Of a stretch of 38,721 bases of DNA, positions 34,036 to 38,721 are shown piece by piece. Each line of letters opens with the position of its first letter. The first letter of the stretch is position 1. This DNA comes from Bryobacteraceae bacterium (GTDB lineage Bacteria > Acidobacteriota > Terriglobia > Bryobacterales > Bryobacteraceae), in assembly GCA_036521635.1 (NCBI GenBank), contig DATDHK010000318.1, positions 1-38,721 on the forward strand, given 5' to 3'. A program made the position numbers and the translations under genes. The notes under the pieces are model-generated. The model saw nothing but the letters and a program-made list of their open reading frames with translations, was not told the origin of the DNA and did no database searches.

Positions 34036-36369
34036 TTATTGAACGACCACATTCATCGAGGGCGCAGCCACAGGCGTGGATTGCCCCTTGGAATTTTTCA
34101 GCATCGCATCGCTGCCCGTAATCGCCGTCGATCCCTTCGCAACCGCGAGGAACGTAAACTGTATCAGCGGCCCGGAACCGCTCACGCCGGGCGTGCCGGC
34201 GGCGCGAGCGACTTCTATGGAAGCTTCGCCGGCATCGTTCCGAATGTCCACAGTGGGCGGATTCGCGGCGCCGTCGCGGGTCAACAAGGCGCCCGCCACG
34301 GCCGAGTTCAATTTCAGGATCTTTGGATCCCACCTCAATTTTATCGGAATGCCCAACAAATCGGCGATTCCGTCAGCCTGCAGAACCACGACGACGGGAG
34401 CGCTCAATTGCGCCTGCGCCGCCGGTGGAACGAAGGAAAGCGTGGGTGTTGACGACGGAGTAGCGCCCGGCGCCGGAGCAGCGGGCGGGGCTGGAACAGG
34501 AGCCGGAGCGGCAGCCTGCGGCCTCGCGCCATAACTTAATTTCACAGTCTGGTCCGTGCCCGCCGCGATTCCGCGCAGATCCATACCGCTTACGTCCGGA
34601 GTCCGCACAATGTGCGGGATGAGCGCCACCAACAGCTCGCCGCGCTCCCGATCCCTGCTATTGCTTCCAAACAGGAATTTGCCCAAAATCGGGATATTCA
34701 CCAGACCCGGAATTCCGCTGGTGGAGTTGGTATTCTGATCCTGCATCAAGCCGCCCAGCAAACTCACTTCGCCATCGCGCACGCGAATATCCGCTTCGTT
34801 CTTGCGCTGCGAAATCACGGGTTGATCCAGCCCGCCAATGGTCACCGTCCGGCTCACGTTTGAAACGTCGATGCTGATGTGCATAGTAAGTTCGTCCGTT
34901 CCATGCACGTGCGGCGTGATTTCCAGGTTGACTCCCGTCTCGGCAAACTGGAACTGCGTGCTCACCAGCGGACTCACGCCGACACTGCCGATACCAGGCT
35001 GAAAACTTCCAGTTGCGTAGGGAACCTTGTCGCCGATTTTCAGCGATACCTTCTGCCCGTCGGACGCACGCACCTGCGGCGACTGCATAACGCGAGTGCT
35101 GTTATCCGACATCACGGCCTGCAGCAACGCGCCCGGCAACGTCGTCGAAAAATCGTTGGTTGAGATTCTAAGAATTCGTGAAAGCGGAATCGCGCCAGGG
35201 GTGGTAGTGGTCGTCGTAGTAGTGGCCGGAGGCGTGACGCCCGTCGTAGGAGGCGTCGTCGGGGTTGTGGTAGTGGTTGTGGAGTTGCGCGAGAACGTAA
35301 TCGGCAGATTGAGCCCGGTTTGGCCGCCTGAAACCAATCCTGCCGCAAGGCTTCGTGTCTTGCTGCTGTTGGCTTCCATCACCACTACATCCACCACCAC
35401 TTCCGCTTTGGCCTTATCCATGTCGTGAAAAAGTTTTTCCACCAGCGCAACCTTGTCCACCGTATCGCGCACCATCACCGCGTTCTGCGCGTTATAAGTG
35501 AACATGCGGCGCACGTCCGTCACCGAGCGCACCGACGTCACGATCTCCTGAAATTCCTGCACCGACGTCGGATTCTTCAAATAGAAAACCTTGACGACTT
35601 CATCTTCATAATCGCGCCGCTTGGTGACGTTGTCGTCCGTTACGAAGATGGCGTTGGCGCTGATCGGCTTCCAGAATGTCTTGGTCAACATGCCGATGTA
35701 GTCCAAGGCTTCTTCGAGCGTAGCGTTGTTCAAATCCAGGTTGGCGTTTTTCGAGGCCTGGTATTGCGGATCGAACAGCACATTGATGCCCGCCAGTTTC
35801 CCGACGGTTTCATACAGCACCTTGGGCGGCTGGTTATTCATCTTCAGCAGGCTGATTTGGTTGGTGACCGGCTTCAGCTCCGGCACCGGCAGCAGCGACT
35901 GGATCATCGCCAGACTGTCCTTGCGGGCCTTTTCCGCCGAGCTCATGGGCTGCTCGCCGGGCGGCGCCGTGCCCTTGTTTTTCTGATCGAGCGCCTCTTT
36001 GGTGTGCTGCATCTCCTGCAGCGCAACCGCCGAACCCGGATCGATATTGAACGCTCTTTGAAACTCCACCAACGCCTGATCGAGCTGGCCATCGCGCCTG
36101 AGCCTCACGCCATTTTCGACGTGCATCTGACTGGCCTGAAAACGCACACGCCGGGCGCCCAGCTGATACGCCGGATCCTGCGCATCCTGAGAGACGGCCT
36201 GATTATATAAATCCAACGCCTGTTCGTAATCTTTGCGGGCTTCCGCTTCACGGGCCTGCTTCAGGAACTTGTCGCCCTTGCGGGTGCGGGCTTCCAAGCC
36301 ATCCACCGGCAGCAGCAACAGGATCGCCGCAAGCGACACCAATTCTCGTAACTTATAACAAGCAATCAT
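34036..36369 (-). CDS. Secretin (GspD/PilQ family) with N-terminal TPR region and C-terminal cohesin-like domain
   Basis: Trimmed to ATG 36369 (signal-like LVSLAAILLLLPVDG). Domain order: TPR-like helices; secretin_N-type repeats; Thr/Pro-rich linker; secretin core (...VRVRDGEVSLLGGLMQDQNTNSTSGIPGLVNIPILGKFLFG...LLVALIPHIV); Pro/Ala linker; about 135-aa domain with a cohesin-like pattern (VVVVLQADGIADLLGIPIKLRWDPKILKL...GSGPLIQFTFLAVAKGSTAI). Confidence 0.85.
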   Translation of the reverse strand: MIACYKLRELVSLAAILLLLPVDGLEARTRKGDKFLKQAREAEARKDYEQALDLYNQAVSQDAQDPAYQLGARRVRFQASQMHVENGVRLRRDGQLDQALVEFQRAFNIDPGSAVALQEMQHTKEALDQKNKGTAPPGEQPMSSAEKARKDSLAMIQSLLPVPELKPVTNQISLLKMNNQPPKVLYETVGKLAGINVLFDPQYQASKNANLDLNNATLEEALDYIGMLTKTFWKPISANAIFVTDDNVTKRRDYEDEVVKVFYLKNPTSVQEFQEIVTSVRSVTDVRRMFTYNAQNAVMVRDTVDKVALVEKLFHDMDKAKAEVVVDVVVMEANSSKTRSLAAGLVSGGQTGLNLPITFSRNSTTTTTTPTTPPTTGVTPPATTTTTTTTPGAIPLSRILRISTNDFSTTLPGALLQAVMSDNSTRVMQSPQVRASDGQKVSLKIGDKVPYATGSFQPGIGSVGVSPLVSTQFQFAETGVNLEITPHVHGTDELTMHISIDVSNVSRTVTIGGLDQPVISQRKNEADIRVRDGEVSLLGGLMQDQNTNSTSGIPGLVNIPILGKFLFGSNSRDRERGELLVALIPHIVRTPDVSGMDLRGIAAGTDQTVKLSYGARPQAAAPAPVPAPPAAPAPGATPSSTPTLSFVPPAAQAQLSAPVVVVLQADGIADLLGIPIKLRWDPKILKLNSAVAGALLTRDGAANPPTVDIRNDAGEASIEVARAAGTPGVSGSGPLIQFTFLAVAKGSTAITGSDAMLKNSKGQSTPVAAPSMNVVVQ

Positions 36370-36391
36370 CTTATTCCCTGGAAGTCCCTTA

Positions 36392-36400
36392 TGGTAAAAT
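36392..36400 (+). promoter_or_regulatory. Possible extended -10 element upstream of smpB
   Basis: tggtaaaat (TGnTAnAAT-like) lies 83 nt upstream of the smpB start. No convincing -35. Promoter rules for this lineage are uncertain. Confidence 0.2.
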
Positions 36401-36482
36401 GAACCTGCGTTGCGATAGGTACCACCACATAACTGCTTGACGCAGTGAACTTTCCCGGCGTTGAGTACAAAAGCTGCCCACC

Positions 36483-36941
36483 GTGGAGCCAAAGATCAAA
36501 GTATTGAGCGATAACCGGCAGGCCGGACACAACTACCATCTGATGGATCGGTATGAGGCGGGGATCGCCCTGACGGGGACCGAAGTGAAAGCGGCCAGGG
36601 ACGGTAAGATTCAACTGAAGGACAGCTTCGCCGAAGTGTCGGGAAACGAAGCCTGGCTTCTAAACGCGCATATCAGTCAATACTCGCATGGCAATCGTGA
36701 GAACCACGAGCCTACACGGCGCCGCAAGCTGTTGCTGCATCGGCGCGAAATCGACAAGCTGCTGGGAACGACGCGCGAAAAAGGGTTGACCCTAATCCCG
36801 ACCAAGATTTATCTCAAGAGCGGCCGGATCAAGTGTGAATTGGCGGTTGCAAAAGGGAAGAAGCTGCATGACAAGCGCGAAAGCGAGCGCAAGCGGGAGA
36901 TGGAAGCGGAAGCCCGCGAGGCAATAGGGCGGCGAAGATAA
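36483..36941 (+). CDS. smpB: SsrA-binding protein
   Basis: GTG start. [39 protein letters not shown]...[12 protein letters not shown] is the classic SmpB sequence. Confidence 0.9.
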   Translation: MEPKIKVLSDNRQAGHNYHLMDRYEAGIALTGTEVKAARDGKIQLKDSFAEVSGNEAWLLNAHISQYSHGNRENHEPTRRRKLLLHRREIDKLLGTTREKGLTLIPTKIYLKSGRIKCELAVAKGKKLHDKRESERKREMEAEAREAIGRRR

Positions 36942-36971
36942 CGTGGTGTCCCGGAATAAGAATGGAGTGAC

Positions 36972-38414
36972 ATGGACATAAAGCTGGAAACGAAAGCAAT
37001 TGCAGACGTCGATGCAGACGCGCTGGTCGTCGTGGGATTCGAAGGCGGCGGTCCGGCCGCAGGCGCAGAAGCCGTCCAGGAATTGTACTCCACGGGCGAG
37101 TTCACCGGAAAGGCGCTGGAAGTCGCCATTCTCCATCGTCCGAGCGGGATGAAAGCCAAGCGTCTGGTTCTGGCCGGCGGCGGCAAGCGCGAAAAGTTCG
37201 ACCCGGCCGTTCTCAGAAGAGTGACCGGCGCGGCGGTGCGCACGCTGAAGTGCAAGGGTGTCCGCGGCATCGCGCTGGCGCTGGACGATCCCTTTCGATC
37301 CGATGACTTCGCGGCTGCAGCGGTGGAAGGCGCTCTCCTCGGCAATTTCGAAACGAATACTCATAAGACCGACCCGAAGAAAGACGAGAAGCAGGTTACG
37401 TGGTTTGCAGTCCTGGGCGGTACGCAGTCCGCTGTCGACCGCGGCAGGATTCTGGGCGAATCCCAGAATTTCTGCCGGGGCCTGGCCGAGGAGCCCGGCA
37501 ACATAATGACCCCGACCCTGCTTTCCGAAAAAGCGCGCGCCATGGCGGCCGAGCAAGGTCTGGAGTGCGAAATTTTGGATGAGGCGCGCATGCGCGAGTT
37601 GGGCATGGGCGCGCTGTTGGGCGTGTCGCAGGGAAGCGATGAGCCTCCGGCGATGATCGTTATTCGATACCAGCCCGCCACCGCGCCAACGTCGAAAGAC
37701 CACCTCGGATTGGTCGGCAAGGGCGTGACCTTCGACACCGGCGGCATCTCCATCAAACCCGCCGAGGGAATGGAAAAGATGCGCTACGACATGGCGGGCG
37801 GCGCATCCGTGCTGGGGGCCATGCGCGCCATCGCTCAGTTGAAGCCATCCATTCCAGTGACCGCGATCGTGCCGACGGTGGAAAACATGCCGGGCAGCCG
37901 CGCGCAGCGGCCGGGCGATATCGTGAAGTCGCTGTCTGGAAAAACCGTGGAAGTGCTCAACACGGATGCGGAAGGGCGAATGATCCTGATCGACGCGCTG
38001 ACGTACGCGCAACGCCTGGGCTGCACCCATCTGGTGGACACGGCCACACTGACCGGTTCCATCGTGGTGGCGTTGGGTGGCATCCGCGCCGGCGCATTCA
38101 CCAACAACGAACCGTTCCTCAAAAAGCTTCTGGCGGCGGCCGATAGCGAAGGCGAGAAGATGTGGCAGATGCCGCTGGATGAGGAATACAAGGAAGCGCT
38201 CAAGAGCGACTTCGCGGACCTGCACAACATCGGCGGGCGCGCGGGCGGATCCATTACCGCCGCGATTTTCCTGCGCGATTTCGTGAATGAAACACCTTGG
38301 ATTCATTTGGACGTTGCGGGCACTGCCTGGCTGGATGAAGCGAAGCCCTATCTGGCAAAGGGCGCGACCGGAATCGGGGTGCGCACTTTTGTTCGGTTGG
38401 CTCAGAACTGGTAG
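36972..38414 (+). CDS. pepA: Leucyl aminopeptidase (M17)
   Basis: VGKGVTFDTGGISIKP, DMAGGA and NTDAEGRMIL (M17 signature). 480 aa. Confidence 0.92.
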   Translation: MDIKLETKAIADVDADALVVVGFEGGGPAAGAEAVQELYSTGEFTGKALEVAILHRPSGMKAKRLVLAGGGKREKFDPAVLRRVTGAAVRTLKCKGVRGIALALDDPFRSDDFAAAAVEGALLGNFETNTHKTDPKKDEKQVTWFAVLGGTQSAVDRGRILGESQNFCRGLAEEPGNIMTPTLLSEKARAMAAEQGLECEILDEARMRELGMGALLGVSQGSDEPPAMIVIRYQPATAPTSKDHLGLVGKGVTFDTGGISIKPAEGMEKMRYDMAGGASVLGAMRAIAQLKPSIPVTAIVPTVENMPGSRAQRPGDIVKSLSGKTVEVLNTDAEGRMILIDALTYAQRLGCTHLVDTATLTGSIVVALGGIRAGAFTNNEPFLKKLLAAADSEGEKMWQMPLDEEYKEALKSDFADLHNIGGRAGGSITAAIFLRDFVNETPWIHLDVAGTAWLDEAKPYLAKGATGIGVRTFVRLAQNW

Positions 38415-38430
38415 TTCCCAAACGGCTCAC

Positions 38431-38721
38431 TCAACCTGAGCCCTTGTCAGTTGGGTCCTTGCCAGAAGGAATACTCGCCTTGATCGAGTCAAGAAGCTTT
38501 TCAAGCAGGTCCTTAGCTTCGGCGCTCCCGCCGTCTGCCTTTGAGACTAGCGATGATATCAAATCTTTGAGAACACTGTCCGGGGCGCCGGGAACCCCCG
38601 TGAAGGTGATCAGATTGCTGATTGCGTCGGACTTCAGGTCCGACGGTTTGACATCCGCTTGGGGAGTAAGAGTGGGAGTTACTACGGGCGCGTTATCGCT
38701 GCATGGCGAGTCTTTCCAATC
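38431..38721 (-). CDS. C-terminal 96 codons of an unidentified CDS running off the right edge (partial)
   Basis: Translated by hand from the minus strand. Open from the window edge to TGA (38433-38431): ...DLKSDAISNLITFTGVPGAPDSVLKDLISSLVSKADGGSAEAKDLLEKLLDSIKASIPSGKDPTDKGSG*. Not in the track because it is edge-truncated. Confidence 0.4.
   Translation of the reverse strand, partial: DWKDSPCSDNAPVVTPTLTPQADVKPSDLKSDAISNLITFTGVPGAPDSVLKDLISSLVSKADGGSAEAKDLLEKLLDSIKASIPSGKDPTDKGSG

Overview
High-GC (roughly 60-65%) chromosomal segment. Its gene content looks acidobacterial: PEP-CTERM proteins, an ADOP-type permease remnant, a DUF1080 protein, and a TPR-secretin with GspG-like pseudopilins. All family calls come from motif recognition by eye; no BLAST or HMM search was run.

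About 40 supportable CDS:
- Housekeeping: ftsY-ribD-ribE, smpB, pepA, an HtrA/DegP protease, an MscS channel, and an MqnA/MqnD-family protein.
- Metal-related neighbourhood: a Cys/His-rich small secreted protein, a Met/His-rich secreted protein, and a CPC-type P1B ATPase with TRASH-type N-terminal domains. The ATPase is coupled by a GTGA overlap to a PHP phosphoesterase.
- Two tandem PEP-CTERM paralogs.
- An ornithine-cyclodeaminase / FAD-oxidoreductase pair.
- A secretin operon (TPR + secretin + cohesin-like C-terminus, plus two pseudopilins) that runs into tRNA-Gln(UUG).
- A lower-GC islet downstream of the tRNA that carries an MNT-HepT toxin-antitoxin pair.

Three decay scars: an internally deleted ADOP permease next to an IS3-type orfA remnant, and a chimeric ORF (membrane-sensor N-terminus with an in-frame TAG, fused to an outer-membrane receptor C-terminus).

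Structure not explained by genes:
1. A dispersed family of 9-nt tandem repeats (GTRTTCCYN) at five intergenic loci. Two of them are in hairpin-forming inverted configurations.
2. A REP-like composite palindrome family (TGTGGGGCAGG...) that starts 0-9 nt after stop codons and shows compensatory changes in its local stems.
3. A cluster of GC-rich hairpins between convergent genes.

Many long ORFs in the track are antisense or shadow ORFs typical of high-GC DNA and were rejected.
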